Of a DNA stretch of 64,000 nt, positions 11,925 through 26,987 are shown one piece after another. Both the position numbers and the translations under genes were made by a program. The number at the start of each line of letters is the position of its first letter. The stretch's first letter is position 1. The DNA comes from Antedon mediterranea (lineage: Eukaryota > Animalia > Echinodermata), in the NCBI RefSeq assembly GCF_964355755.1, contig NC_092675.1, positions 28,616,912 through 28,680,911 of the forward strand, in the 5' to 3' direction. Below the pieces are notes generated by a model, which was not told the origin of the DNA, ran no database searches, and saw only the letters and a list, made by a program, of their open reading frames with translations.

Positions 11925-14800
11925 CATTAGGCGCAGGAGCCCCGGATAGCGTTACGTTTGAAAACCCCAAAAAGTGAGGTTTTCAACCATTAGCGGCATG
12001 ACTGATGTGAGTGATTAATATGTTTTACGGATGGTTTCAAGGACTATCCTACCAGTGGGCTGTTCACTGGTCAAATGATTGACACTTTGTATCACCGTTT
12101 GTAACTGGAGCTGTGACGACCTTTGTAACTGGAGCTGTGACGACCTTGCAAGAATACTAGGCCAGAATTTTTAATTGAAAATTGCCTTGGTATTAACATG
12201 GTAGTCCATGGGATTTAGCTAAAAAATGACCCTTTTCTCACACAAATTGCAAGAAAAGGTTTTTTTGATGAAATGTGTTCTTTAGACCCTACTGAACACA
12301 TTTATCAACGTTAGGACATTTTTCGACAACAGGAAGTAGCCTAATTTGCATAATTAAAAATGGCCGCCATTTTTAATAACGTACTCTGTATCTTGGAAAC
12401 CGCTAGTCACAGATACTTAATTATGGTGTCAAAATCGTTAGAATATATGTTTTTATATTCACTTTAATGAAAAAGTTTGTCCAAAAATGAATGGAAGTGC
12501 TATTTCTAACATTATTGACCTTTGACCTTGATTTATCATATCTCAGCAACCACTAATCGGAGATATACAAATTAGGGCTTAAATTGTTCAGAAACTACAC
12601 ATTTATATCCAGTCTAATGGCATGTTTTTGCAAAAAATGGCGGATTCTAACATTATTGACCTTTGACCTTGATTTATCATATCTTAGCAGCCACTAATCT
12701 GAGAGACACACAATATGGCTCAAACTGTTAAAAAACTACATATTTATATTTAGTCTAATGGCATGTTTTTGCAAAAAATGGCCGATTCTAACATTATTGA
12801 CCTTTGAACTTTGCACTACATAAAATCGCATAACTTTGAAAATATTGTACATATGAAATTATTTTTAGTGTCAAATTGTTTAGAACATACATGTTTCTAT
12901 AGAGTCCAATGATACATTATGTCCAATAATGGCCTATTGTATGGTTATTAACATTTGAACTATATTTGAAAATTCTTTAAACCCGGAATCTTCTTCATGT
13001 GGACATCCATTAGAACATGTGATTTGGCACTACTTGTTTAAAATATGGTGGTAATTTAAAGTGCATGTAACCAGTTGATTTAAATTAAATTTAAAAACTG
13101 AAAATATTCACTTAAAAAAAAAATATTAGACTATATATACATACATTATAGGTTTGGATTATTAATACATTTTTAATTCGGTCTTACATCTTACTCAGGA
13201 GAAAGTTGGTGTTGACACTATTAACAGAGCCAACAAAAATGTATTTTTTTTAAATGATATATTGTACATACTTTAAATAGGCCATGCCATTTTGCAGGTT
13301 TATTAACGTTTTTTTCAATTTAGTAATTTATTTTTTGAATTAAATGGCATATTCAAAAAAACAAATTTCTAAAGATTATTTAATTTATATTTTGCTAAGG
13401 ATAGCATCACTCTTGAGGGCATTCTTTTAGGTTGAAACATAGTCTTATTAAGAAGGCATTTTCTACTAATAGACGCATTGTTGACAACTGGAATTTTAAA
13501 AGATCGATATTAATGCAACATATTTAGTTTAGTTTAATTAATTGGCTATCGAGACTCATAATTAGGCTGACCACCACTTGCAATATTTTCGCCGTATACA
13601 GTAAAAACCTCAGTTTCTTATGGAATTTATTTATTTATTTCAATAACCATATACAGTACGACTACTAGTTGGTGTATAGTTTTTAACCTTCTATAACTTG
13701 TTTTTTTACTTTTTTTACGTGAATGTATTGTGTATGTACCATGTTTCTATGTGGTTTAATTTTTACCATTTTTTAACCATCAATTTTAATGCTTTTAATA
13801 TAAATATCTTGTAATTCAGCTTCAGCTGCGAAAACGATAAGAAATAAACTAAACAAACGTGTAAACTTGTAGGCAGTTTATGGATGAATGCAATAGTTTA
13901 TGCTTATAAATTTAATGTACCATGGCCTACTTTAAACTAAACATAATAAGTCAACGTTGCAACTCTTACATTTTAGAGTGCCAAATCACATGTTCTAATG
14001 GATGTCCACATGAAGAAGATTCCGGGTTTAAAGAATTTTCAAATATAGTTCAAATGTTAATAACCATACAATAGGCCATTATTGGACATAATGTGTCATT
14101 GGACTCTATAGAAACATGTATGTTCTGAACAATTTGACACTAAAAATAATTTCATATGTACAATATTTTCAAAGTTATGCGATTTTATGTAGTGCAAAGT
14201 TCAAAGGTCAATAATGTTAGAATCGGCCATTTTTTGCAAAAACATGCCATTAGACTAAATATAAATATGTAGTTTTTTAACAGTTTGAGCCATATTGTGT
14301 GTCTCTCAGATTAGTGGTTGCTAAGATATGATAAATCAAGGTCAAAGGTCAATAATGTTAGAATCCGCCATTTTTTGCAAAAACATGCCATTAGACTGGA
14401 TATAAATGTGTAGTTTCTGAACAATTTAAGCCCTAATTTGTATATCTCCGATTAGTAGTTGCTGAGATATAATAAATCAAGGTCAAAGGTCAATAATGTT
14501 AGAAATAGCACTTCCATTCATTTTTGGACAAACTTTTTCATTAAAGTGAATATAAAAACATATATTCTAACGATTTTGACACCATAATTAAGTATCTGTG
14601 ACTAGCGGTTTCCAAGATACAGAGTACGTTATTAAAAATGGCGGCCATTTTTAATTATGCAAATTAGGCTACTTCCTGTTGTCGAAAAATGTCCTAACGT
14701 TGATAAATGTGTTCAGTAGGGTCTAAAGAACACATTTCATCAAAAAAACCTTTTCTTGCAATTTGTGTGAGTTAAAAGTCTAAATCCCATTGACTATGGA
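11924..14800. repeat. Non-coding repeat element containing a 795-bp near-perfect inverted repeat
   Basis: Arms 12237-13031 and 13977-14771; internal subrepeat of about 140 bp with tgacctttgacc. Confidence 0.85.
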
Positions 14801-15490
14801 GATAGAAACAAATTTTTCTATCTTTCTTTCTAAAATAAATGGTCACTACAATTTCAAACTAGGCTTAGTCCACCACCGTAATAATTACGAATCGAAACCT
14901 AAATTAAAATTGTTGGTATTCTTTGGCCGTTGTTTGATTAATTACATCTTCATGCCATGTTTTTTTTTTCTAATGATTTGGCGATACGCTCCTATATTAA
15001 TTAGGCCTACTAGCAGAGGGTTCGATGAGTTTTGAAAAGTTATGGAAATGTGGTCTAACATATAGCAATTCAGTTTTTTAAGGCCTTTCTTCCATGTCCG
15101 AGCCTTTGGAAATATTAAAAAGTTATATTAATATAATATATTCCGTGTTTTCATGTTTTAAGAAATTGTATATCATTTCAGATTTTTCGCGATGCGTTTT
15201 TATTTGTTTCGCGCTTCGTCTTGTTGGCAAAAGTAACCCTCGACTTCCGCTCGAGCTTTCTCCGTACATACCGATAATTAATATGATTATTCATTTCATT
15301 TTTTGTACATTATTAAAAAATGAAATACAGAACTCCATACGGAACATACCCTGCTCTGAGAAAACACTTGTGGGCGATTCCCCGAATACGGCATGCTTTG
15401 GGGACTTTGACTTTGGAGTAAATCGAAACGTCAAGCAACTCAACAGTTCTTTTCAGAACTCTGGGAGTGAGTTGCCATGTTTTGATCATA

Positions 15491-16194
15491 GGGCGCGTTT
15501 ATACAACACGCTATTACACGCATATTCTACACGCCTACGAAAAGTGTGTTGTATAACAACAAAGGTCGTGTTTATACAACACCCTAAATTTGAACACGGC
15601 TTTAATTTTTAGCGTGTTGTTCGGACCGAGGTCAACCCACCTTAACGTTTGCTGTTATACTAGAAATCACGATACCGTGTTGTACCGGAAGTTTCATCAA
15701 CACGCAGTGCATGCTAGGATAAAAGGTCAAATCGTTGATCGCTTGAATTGAATTGTTGGCTGGGTTGTCAACAAATCATCGTCGCCTCCTCGCTGTCCGA
15801 TGTATTCGCGCGGTTTTTACCGTTTTCATTATTGTATTCGTTCACGTTTGCATTGTTGTTTATTTTGTTCTCGGTTCATTTATATTAATAAAAGTTATTT
15901 TAAGGGTTTCATTGTTTCATCTATACACTATGGAAGAAGATGCCATTTTTGCGATGTTATTTTTTATTCTGTTTGGAGTGGGAAACGATAGTCTATAGAG
16001 GCCTACTACCACTACGAGTTGGCCCTACCAGGCTAGGCGTAAGACGTGGTAGGAGGATGATTGCTGGCAGCAAAGCAGCAATAAATGGGCCCAATCTTGT
16101 TAGACGTCGCAATCGCATGACATTACAACATTACAACACACTTCTCGTAGGCGTGTAGAATATGCGTGTAATAGCGTGTTGTATAAACGCGCCC
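15491..16194. mobile_element. Harbinger-like MITE
   Basis: TIR gggcgcgtttatacaacacgctattacacgcatattctacacgcctacga at both ends. Confidence 0.85.
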
Positions 16195-16348
16195 AAAGAG
16201 ATTCCGTGTAATGAGATTTTAATTGCAAAAAAGGCTACTTGGCTGAATCCTAAAATTTGGTGGATTCCCGGTCGCCGTTACCGTGTTGGAAGTGTCCTCA
16301 GGGTATATTTTGACCTCTCGTTAAAACAGGTCGTAATATCAATCATTG

Positions 16349-16877
16349 CTAACAAGATTGGGCCCATTTATTGCTGCTTCGCTGCCAGCAATCATCCTCC
16401 TACCACGTCTTACGCCTAGCCTAGTGGGGCCAACTCGTAGTGGTAGTAGGCCTCTATCGTTTCCCGCTCCAAACAGAATTAAAAAAATAACATCGCAAAA
16501 ATGGCACCTTCTTCCATAGTGTAAGATGAAACAATGAAACCCTTAAAATAACTTTTATTAATTTAAATGAACCGAGAACAAAATAAACAACAATACAAAC
16601 GTGAACGAATACAATATAATGAAAATGGTAAAAACCGCGCGAATACATCGGAGAGCGAGGAGGCGACGATGATTGTTGACAACTCAGCCAATTCAAGCGC
16701 GATCAACGATTTGACCTTTTATCCTAGCATGCACTGCGTGTTGATGAAACTTCCGGTATAACACAGTATCGTGATTTCTAGTATAACAGCAAACGTTAAG
16801 GTGGGTTGACCTCGGTCCGAACAACACGCTAAAAATTAAAGCCGTGTTCAAATTTAGGGTGTTGTATAAACACGACC
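16349..16877 (-). mobile_element. Inverted partial copy of the 15491-16194 MITE interior
   Basis: Reverse complement of 15564-16103 with scattered differences; TIRs missing. Confidence 0.85.
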
Positions 16878-18881
16878 ATAGTAGTGTTTCTGTTTGCTCC
16901 GGTCTGCTTGAAATCGTTGCTTGGTGTCTGTTGTATCATATGACTTTGGCTGTAGAAGTGTTTTGGCTGTAGGAAGCAGGTTTCATGGTCTTCGTCCCAT
17001 TAGTAATTGAGCGGGTGATAATTTACAGCTTGCTAGTGGTGTAGTTCTGTAATCTAGCAAGGCTAGATTTTTGTCATTGTTCTTCTTCCATAGTCGTTTT
17101 ACTGTCTGTACAGCTCTCTCTACCTCACCGTTTGATTGTGGGTAGTATGGTGAAGAAGTGCTGTGCTGTATATCGTAGTCTTTGCAGAATTTGGTAAACT
17201 CTGCTGATGAGTATTGCGGACCATTATCTGTTCTTATCTTTTCGGGTATCCCGTGCCGACTGAATTGTTTCTTTAGTTGTCTATTACCGTGGAGCTATCA
17301 GTTTTCTGCAAATGGTCTACTTCGATGTACTTTGAGTAGTAATCGATGGTTATTACGTAGTCTTGTCGTTCAAACTCAAAGAGGTCACTTGCTACTTCAT
17401 TCCATGGTAATTGGTAATTCTGGTAGTTTATATGATTTAAGTGGTTCAGTGTGTTGACGATTTTGATAGGTATTGCATAGCTGGCAATCCTTGACTAATT
17501 CTTCCACTTGTACGCTCATACCGGGCCAATACAGAGATTCACGTGCCCGCTGTTTGCATTTTACTATGCTCTGATGGGATGAATGTATTTGGTTAAGCAT
17601 GTTTGATCTCATGCTCGGTGGAACGACAATATGCATTCCTTTGTATACTATTCCATCTGCAACTGACAGTTCATCTCTTGCGGTCCAGTATTGCCTAATT
17701 GCATGTGGTGTCTCTTCTTTTGTGTCTGGCCATCCTTTGAGAATCATGCTGTGCAGTTTGTTTAGTTCTTTGGCTGTGCAACTTTGAAATTCAGCATACC
17801 TGACTGGTGATACTGCTATGTAGTCTGTCATGTTAATTGTGATCGGTTTGATATCTGGTTCTGTGTCTGGTAAGTTAGCACGGCTTAATGCGTCACCGAT
17901 CGCAATTTCTTTGCCTGGTCTGTAGTTACATTAAGGTCATACGGTTGTAGTCTTAACAGCATGTTTTGAAGTCTCATCGGGGCGGAGAGTATTGGTTTTG
18001 AATATATAGCTTGCAGTGGCTTGTGGTCACTTTCTATTGTTACTTGGTTTCCAAACACATAGTGATGAAACTTCTTGCAACTGTGCACTATTGCCAGCAT
18101 TTCTTTTTCTATTTGTGCATATCTGCACTCTGTTGGGGTTAGTGCTCTTGAAGTGTATGCAACTGGATGTCCTTCTTGCAATAGCACACCACCCAGCGCA
18201 TAGCTGCTTGCATCACATTGTATGGTCACTTCTTAAGCTAGCACAGGTGTAGTGCTGCACATTTGTAGTAACTTGTCAAAGCTTTGTTGTTGGGGCTTGT
18301 CCCAGTAGAAGTCTATATCTTTGCTAGTAACTTTTCTGAGTGGTGCATCCACTTCACTAAGATTAGGTATAAATTTTGCCAAGTATTGTATCATACCCAG
18401 GAATCTTCGTACCTCTTCTTTTGATTGAGGCATTGGCATCTCAGTTAGAGCCTTTATCTTATCTGGATCAGGTTGAAGACCATCTGTTGACAAGATATGA
18501 CCAACATATTTGACTTTGTGTTTCTTCACTTGACATTTTGAAAAGTTTAGCTTTAGGTTCCAATTGGTAGCTCTGTCTACTACCTTTCTCATAATTTCAT
18601 CGTGGTGTGTCTCATCTCTGCCTGCAATTAGTATATCGTTCATGACTGCTCTAGCACCTTCAATTCCCTCTAACATGTTATCCATTATCTTTTGAAAGAC
18701 TTCTGGTGCACTCTTTATCCCAAATGGTAATCTTAGCCATCGGTACCGTCCTATTGGGGTGTTAAACGTTGTCACCAGACTAGATTCGTAGTCCAGCTCA
18801 ATTTGCAGGAATCCAGACTTTGCGTCAATAACTGAGAAAATCTTTGACCCTGCTACTGAAGCTACTATTTTTTCGACCGTT

Positions 18882-19052
18882 AATTTCTTCTAATTGTGTT
18901 AATTTGATAATTTTAGGTTCAATTTTATATTTTCTTTTGTCCATTTATATACTGTATTTTGTTTACATTTATGTAGTTAAGAACTGAACCACTTTGGAAA
19001 TCAGTACATTGTATTGAAAGTGTATTTCAGAATAAAGAAAGATTAAATGAAT
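18882..19052 (+). mobile_element. Short retroposed LINE/SINE 3' end inside Gypsy RT
   Basis: 6-bp TSD accgtt; ends in aataaagaaagattaaatgaat. Confidence 0.65.
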
Positions 19053-20455
19053 ACCGTTGGAATTGGATAGTGTTTTCTTCTGATTGCTTTGTTTAGATTC
19101 TTAGGATCAGAGCAGATTCTTATTTTGTCGCCTTTGACTACAACTACCATAGAACTGACCCAGTCAGTGGGCTCTGATATTTTAGTGATATGTCCATCTT
19201 TTTCCATCTCAGTCAACTTATGCTTTATCTGCTTTTGTAAGGCAAGTGGTTGTTTCCTTGGACCGTGCACTACTGGTCTAACATTAAGGTCAATTTTCAG
19301 TGAATATTTCCCTGGTAGTGTGCCAGTTGTCTTTCTTAATTGAGGATAGTCATTGATGCTGTTTATACGCTGTATCAGCTGCAGTTGTTTGCTTGCTGCT
19401 CCTGATAAGATTGGTACTTTATCAGTTTTCACAACATAATACATTATGTCAACTGTACATTTCTTGTATGTGGTTGGTAATGTTATACAACCTTTCACTT
19501 CTAAGGCGTGACTGGTATACGACTGAAGTTTTAAGCTAGTTGGTTTTAACTTATGATTGAGTTTCTTATTCTTAACCCAACTATATGACACGATGCTTGC
19601 CGCTGCTCCTGTGTCGATCTGAGTGCGCACTGGCTCTCCATCCACTATCACGGTTTCATGCCATTCACTATTAGATGTTTTTCCAATAGCATTTATCACA
19701 TCGATTAGATGCTGATATTCATCCTGACTTTCAGTGTCACTGTCGGTTTCTGCGTACTGTTCTTCCACTTGGTGAGCACCTTTAGGATTGGTACCCTTCT
19801 TTCTGCAGACTGCTGCAAAGTGGTTAAACTTATGACATACAGCACACGTTTTGCCTTTAGCTGGGCATTTATTATGTGTGTTGTCGTAGCCGCATTTAGT
19901 GCATTTATTGTTTCTTGGTGACGTTTTATTGTACTGTTTTGGCCTTTGTTTATAGTTTGACCTTTTCCTAACCTCATGTATTTTTGCGTCTTCATCTTTG
20001 TTTATTATTACTTCCATACTTTCTTGTGATGTTTCATAATTCTGACCTATGGTTATGGCTTTGTCTAAGGTCAGTTCATCGCCAAGATCTAGACATTTTT
20101 CTTTGACCTTTGAGTGCAGGGCGTTGCAGACAATAGAGTCTCTTAATATTCTATCTTCTTCTTGGTAATTACAGTCCTTTACTAAAACTCTCAGGTCTGT
20201 GACAAAATCATCAAATCTCTCACCTTCTAATTGTTTCCTTCTGTGGAAATTTACTGTAGCCCTTATAGTATTCTTTTTAGGTGCTACATATGCATCAAAT
20301 TTAGCATACACGCCGTTGAGAGTTTCGTTTTCTGCTGGTCGATCACCTTCGGCTCGTGCCCACGTGAATGTACCATATACTTCTCATCCTTTGTCGCCGA
20401 TGTAGGTCATCATATAATTGACCTTTTCCACTTCGCTCTTTGTTGCGAGTGGGCC

Positions 20456-21361
20456 TGTCACACCAAAATCAGTCCGGGCCAAAATCGGTCCGGTGGACCA
20501 GTTTTGGCTGCCAAAATCAGTCCGGGAGACCATTTATGGCTGCCAAAACCTGTCCGGCCGGACCAATTTTGGCCGCCAAAACTGGTCCGGCCTGGATAAA
20601 ATCGGTCCGGGCAGTAGGACTGTTTTTGGCCGTCCGGTCTTACAAATATATGGTGCGCAAAATGAGTCATAATGTATATATCATTTAAAAAAAGGCCATG
20701 ATTAGTCATTATTGAAAACTACGGGGATTTATTTGTTATTTTAATATTATAAATTAAGCTTGTTTTTTTTATTATCATTATTAGTAATAGTAGTAACTCA
20801 TCAATAATTAATACTAATTGTTAAGCTTTTTGTATACAATATGTATCTCTGCCTGTTTTTAATCCATTTTTTCTTTTTTAACATCTTCGTTTCCCCATGA
20901 TGTTAAAAACAATTTAATTTATTAATTAGTTATGGTTAATCAATCAATATATCAATTCAATACAATTATTATAAAACAATTATCCAATATTGATTAGGCT
21001 GAGGAAGGAAAAAGGCCTCAATCATAAATAAAATCTAGCTGGCAATATCAGCGTCTCATACCCGTTCATGTGAGTGTGTGGCAGGCCGAAATATGAGTGA
21101 ACACCTAAGTCATGTTTTTAGATAAAATACATTTATTTATAGTATTTATCCAACAAGATAACTTACTAATATATATCATGGGATATTTTTCTAGCCATAA
21201 ACAACTTAAAACAGCATCATAGGCCTAGTAATTCAATTAAAATCGACAGAAGAAAAGCCCGGACCGATTTTGGCAGTGGCGGACTGCTTTTGGCCACAAT
21301 TTTAGAGCCAAAACTGGTCCGGCCGGACCGATTTTGGCCCCGGACCATATTTATCGTGACA
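20456..21361. mobile_element. Ginger-like non-autonomous DNA transposon
   Basis: TGTCAC..GTGACA termini, 4-bp TSD ggcc, subterminal ccaaaatcggtccgg repeats; interrupts gag. Confidence 0.8.
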
Positions 21362-24300
21362 GGCCCTTAAATGTAAACTCACAGTGTTGTTTGAAACGTT
21401 TCCACTCTTTATTTAAGTCTGTGGCTGCCCAATTCATTGTAGGTTTGTGGACTTTATCCATTTTGGTTTATTTCGTTCTATAAACTAGAAAAAATATCCT
21501 ACTTTCTAACACCATGTAACGTATTAAATGTGCACATCGACATCACGTTGTAAGAGGAATTTATAGACGAACAAACAAACTGAATACATAAGTATATAGA
21601 GGGCGCATCCCATAAATATCTAACAGTCACTAGTAGTTTGGTTTATACAAATAAGCACAATTATATAATTTATACATTTACATATATTGAATCCACATGA
21701 ATTGTTTTATCTGCTGTATGAACGTTAATTCTGATTTTAAAAAATGTATCAATTGCAACAATATTTCACACAATCTATGTTGTAATGATGACAGCTGGCT
21801 GTGCATTGACTGCACAACCATTTTGTTTAAGAAATAAAACACTTCTTTGACCACAATATTAATCTAAACAGTTTGCAGCCTTTAACTTTAGATCCTTTTT
21901 GTATTTCATTAAACAATAAACTTAATGATGACTCTTTACTTTTAGATAACAATGATCCGTGTAATTATAACCTTATTGATGCTTTTAGGCCTAATTCAAA
22001 AATCACAAATATGTCTTCCTCATTTAGCATTTTTAATATGAATTCTCGCAGCCTTGTTAATCATTTTAATGATATAACGGACTTTATTAGTACCTTAAAA
22101 CATAATTTTTCTGCAATCTGTTTCACTGAAACCTTTTTTAATAATAACAAAACTTTTTTTTCTTTTTACAATATTCCAGGTTATACTTTATTGCATTCTT
22201 CTAGAACAAACAGAGCAGGGGGTGGCGTTGCCATATACTTAGACCAAAGATTTCAATATTCTGTTCGCAGTTATCTTTCTTCTATTATTTCTGAATCTGC
22301 CGAATCAATTTTTATCGAAGTTAAGACCGAGGCGAGGAATATTATTTTAGGTGTAGTTTACCGCTTACCCGAGTCATCATTATAGCCTACCTTCAATTCA
22401 AACGTATCCATTCTTTTAGACATAATAATAATGAAAATAAAATCTCATATATTACTGGGGATTTTAACATTGATCTTTTAAAATCAAACACTCATAAACA
22501 ATCATCCGAATTTTTGAGAAATATGTTTAAATTTAATTTTTACCACCTCATTGACAAACCTAAGCGAATAACAACTACAACAGCCACACTTATTGACAAC
22601 ATATTTTGTAACAATGTTTATGACAAAATATCTCCAGGAATTGTTTACTCTGACATCTCTGATCATTTTCCAGTGTATTCTATTACTTATTCTGAAGCTG
22701 TACATGCTTCTCTTAATGATAATAACAAATACGTTTGCTTCAGGAAAATAAATGATCAAGCTATTTCTTCTCTTGCAAATGACCTTCAAGAATCCGTTTG
22801 GTCCGATGTTTACAAAATGAAAAGTCCAAATGATGCCTATAACTTATTTTCAAAATCTTTTTCCAAACTATACGATACTCATATAAAAACAGTCAGGTGT
22901 AAACGAAACATCCGGAAGGAAAAGAAACCTTGGATTACAACTGGCATTATCAAATCTATTGATAAAAGAAACAGACTTTATAAAAAATATATTAAAACCA
23001 AAAAAGAGTCGGACAGAAACAAATACACACAATATAGAAACAAGTTGACTCATTTAATCAAAATTAACCGTAAAAAAACATTATAATGACAAATTCAATT
23101 CCCTTAAAGGCAATATTCAAAAGACCTGGCAAACCATCAATACAGTCTTAGGACGCAATACTAAAAACAAACTACCTTCCCATTTTATACACAACGGATC
23201 CAATCACTGACCCACTCACCATTGCGAATTCTTTTAATGACTATTTAGTAAACATCGGGCCAAACATTTCTAAGACAATAAAAACATCTACTAACCAGCA
23301 TTTCACTTCCTTCCTCAACGCACCTATCAAAGATTCTTTTTTTTTTTGCACCCACGTCAGAAGAAGAAATTGAAAATATTATCAACAATTTAAAAATTAA
23401 CAAAAGTGCAGGCTATGATGATATATCTAATAAGCTTATTAAAGCTATTTCCAAATTTATTTCTAAACCATTATCTTATATTTTCAACTTGTGCTTTTCT
23501 GAAGGAATTTTTCCTGACTTACTTAAAATTGCCAAGGTGGTTCCTATCTTTAAAAAAGATGATTTTCATTCATTTAGTAACTACAGACCCATCTCTTTAC
23601 TACCTTGTTTTTCAAAAATCCTTGAACAGCTAACCTATGATAGATTATTTAATTTTCTCACTAAACACAGCATTCTTCACGATCGTCAATATGGGTTTAG
23701 AAAGGGATACTCAACTGATCTTGTGCCTATGAATATATCGATAGTCTTAACAACAAATATTCAACACAAGATTATTCATTTAGTATCTTTCACTTAAACG
23801 CACGCAGCCTTGTTAAACATTTTAACGATATCAATGTATGCGTAGGTGCTATTAACCATGAATTCTCAGCACTATGCTTCACCGAAACTTTTTTTAATCA
23901 TAATACGCCCTTTTCCTTTTATAGTATTCCCAATTATAACCTTTTGCATGTTCCACGAGCTGATAGACCAGGAGGAGGCGTTGCCATTTACCTACACCAG
24001 AGATTTAAATATATTCTTCGCCTTGATTTATCATTTATCATTACTAATGGTTCGGAATCTCTTTTCATTGAAATCGATGCACAACCCAAAAACATAATCC
24101 TTGGAGTAGTATATCGTTTGCCTGAATTATCCATCAACACATTTAATAAAGATATCTCTAATTTAATTGACACCATTAATAATGAGAAAAAAACAGCATA
24201 TATTTCAGGAGACTTTAATATTAACTTGTTAAATTCTAAAACACACAAAGGAACTTCTGATTTTGTTAATACTTTATTTCAATCAAATTATTATCCTCTT

Positions 24301-26987
24301 ATTACTAGGCCAACTAGAATTACGCGTAATTCTGCAACTTTAATTGACAATATTTTTTGTAATAATCTATACGATAACATTTCTTCCGGAATTCTATATT
24401 CGGACATCTCGGATCACTTTCCTGTTTTCTTGTTAATACATAAATCAGAACCTCTCCAACACCTGAAACCAAATTCAAAATATATATACATAAAAAAGTC
24501 AATGATATTTCAATTTCTGCCTTAAGTAATGATTTGTCAAATGTGGACTGGACTAGTATTTATAACTCCAATGAACCCAATGAGGCATACGCATTATTCA
24601 ACGACATATTTAGTACATTATATAATAACAACATTAAAACCACTCGTTCCAGACGCAATATTCGGAAAGAAAAAAAACCTTGGATAACTAAAGGCTTAAT
24701 TAAATCTATCGACAAAAACACAAATTATATAAAACATTTCTTATATCTAAAAAGCAAAAGGACAAAGATAAATATGTTAAATATCGAAATGTATTTACCA
24801 AAATCCTTCGTACTGCCCAAAAGAATTACTTCAGTGACAAATTTGAATTCCATAAAAATAACATCCAAAAAACTGGCAAACAATAAATGGAGTCCTTGGC
24901 AAGAAATCTCGTAAACCGTTTCCTTCTCACTTTATTAACAATGACATTGAATTAAATAATCCTCAACAAATTGCAACTGAATTCAATAATTATTTTACTA
25001 ATATAGGGCCAAATTTAGTTAACAAAATACATGTGTCGGATAATGATAATTATACTTCTACCCTACCTCGTCCATGTGTGCACTCTCTCTTTCTTAGTCC
25101 AGTAACCGAACATGAAGTTGTCAGTATAATACTTTCCCTCAAAGATAATAAATCTACTGGGTTTGATGGGTTTTCCAATAAAATTATTAAACGTGTTTCT
25201 AATTTTATATGCAAACCCTTAACTCATATTTTTAATACTTCTTTTCAAACCGGTATTTTTCCAGATTCTTTTAAAATAGCTAAAGTCATCCCTATCTACA
25301 AGAAAGAAGATCCTCATCATTTCAATAACTACAGACCAATCTCCCTACTTCCTTGTTTCTCAAAATTAATTGAAAAAATAATGCATAATCGCATTTCTTC
25401 CTTTTTAACTAAACATAACATTTTATTTAAAGGCCAATATGGTTTCAGGAAAAAGTATTCAACAGATCTTGCTTTATTAAATATTTTTGACAAAATTACA
25501 ATTGCCCTGAGTAAAAATGAGTTTTCTGTTGGCATTTTCCTTGATTTATCTAAGGCCTTCGATACTATTAACCACGATATTTTAATTCATAAACCTTCAA
25601 ATTACGGTATCAGAGACCTTCCTTTAAAACTAATTAAAAGCTACCTTTTCAATCGTGTTCAGTTTACTTCCTTAAATAATTTTAACTCTTCCTATTCCCG
25701 TTTAACCTGTGGTGTTCCCCAATGATCGATTCTTGGACCACTCTTATTCTTGATTTTTGTTAACGATATACCAAACAGCTCTAAATTACTAAATTTTATC
25801 TTATTTGCTGACGACACAAATATTTTTTTCTCTCATCCTAAATTAAATACCTTGTTTAAAATTGTCAATGATGAGTTACTTAAAGTTTCAAATTGGCTCA
25901 AACACAATAAATTAACTCTTAATACATTCAAAACGAACTATATAATATTTTCTAAACGTAACATTTCAAATTCTTTAAATGAACAAATATACATTGATAA
26001 TAAAATGATCAAACGAGTTAATGAAACACAATTTTTAGGAGTAACCATAGATGCCTCTCTGACTTGGAAACTACATATAAATAAAATCAGTAATCTAGTT
26101 TCTAGAAATGTTGGAATATTGAACAAATTAAAACATATCTTCCCTTACCTTTCTTATGCCAATTTATGTTGGGCAATTATTCTAGATAAATTTAATACGT
26201 TATGCCCCTGGACAAGTCAAGAGAAAACCCAAATAGACCGCCTTTTTAAACTACAAAAACGTGCACTTCGGATTTGCGCGGGAGAATCATTTAGAGCCCA
26301 TACAAAATTACTTTTTAAAAGATTTAACGTTTTAAACATTTATGATTTAAATAAATTACAAGTTGCCTCATTTATGTACCGTTTATCTAACAATTTACTG
26401 CCTTCACATTTTAGTGCTTTATTTAGAAGAATTGACGAACGCCATTCCTATAAAACCCGATCCTCTGTTAACAATTATATCCTTGATAATTTAAATGTTA
26501 AGGCTTGACGATTTTCTATTTATTATTTTGGTCCCAAACTTTGGACTTCACACTCAAATGAACTTAAACAGAAATCTTCTTTTTCTAGTTTTAAATCTAA
26601 TTTCAAACACAAAATGGTGTCAGAATATGCTACATAATTTTTCGCCGATCTTTTATCCTTATTTATTTGGTGGTGATACATGGCATTAAATCCTTCACCC
26701 TGGTATTCAATAATCTCCGCTACATTGTATCGTTATACTTGTTATTATACCATATTTAATTATATTTCATATTGTACTATTGTTATCATTATCCCTTTTA
26801 TCATTATATTATATAATTGCCTGGTTTATCTTAACTTCTATAATTTAAATTTTTTTATTTTTGATTTTATGTACTTTCACTATTATATATTTATATTTTA
26901 GTCTACTCTGTAGCAATGTTAGTATACTTACAGGCATACGGGGTCACGACTTAAAGTTCAGTGAACTTACTGTGACCTCCATCCACC

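Larger units (their letters stand above)
16878..21625 (-). mobile_element. Gypsy (Mag-like) element B, gag-pol pseudogene
   Basis: Short LTR 21515-21625, PBS tggtgttagaa; gag double CCHC; protease IDTGA; RT (LPFGI.SAPE; YxDD degenerated to VMND); RNase H (CDAS, YAQIEKE, DHKPL); integrase (HHCC, DNGPQY); stops and frameshifts. Confidence 0.92.

Noticed and set aside
15094-16761. Several 60-170 aa ORFs
   Set aside because: No recognisable motifs; they lie in MITE or other non-coding repeat sequence
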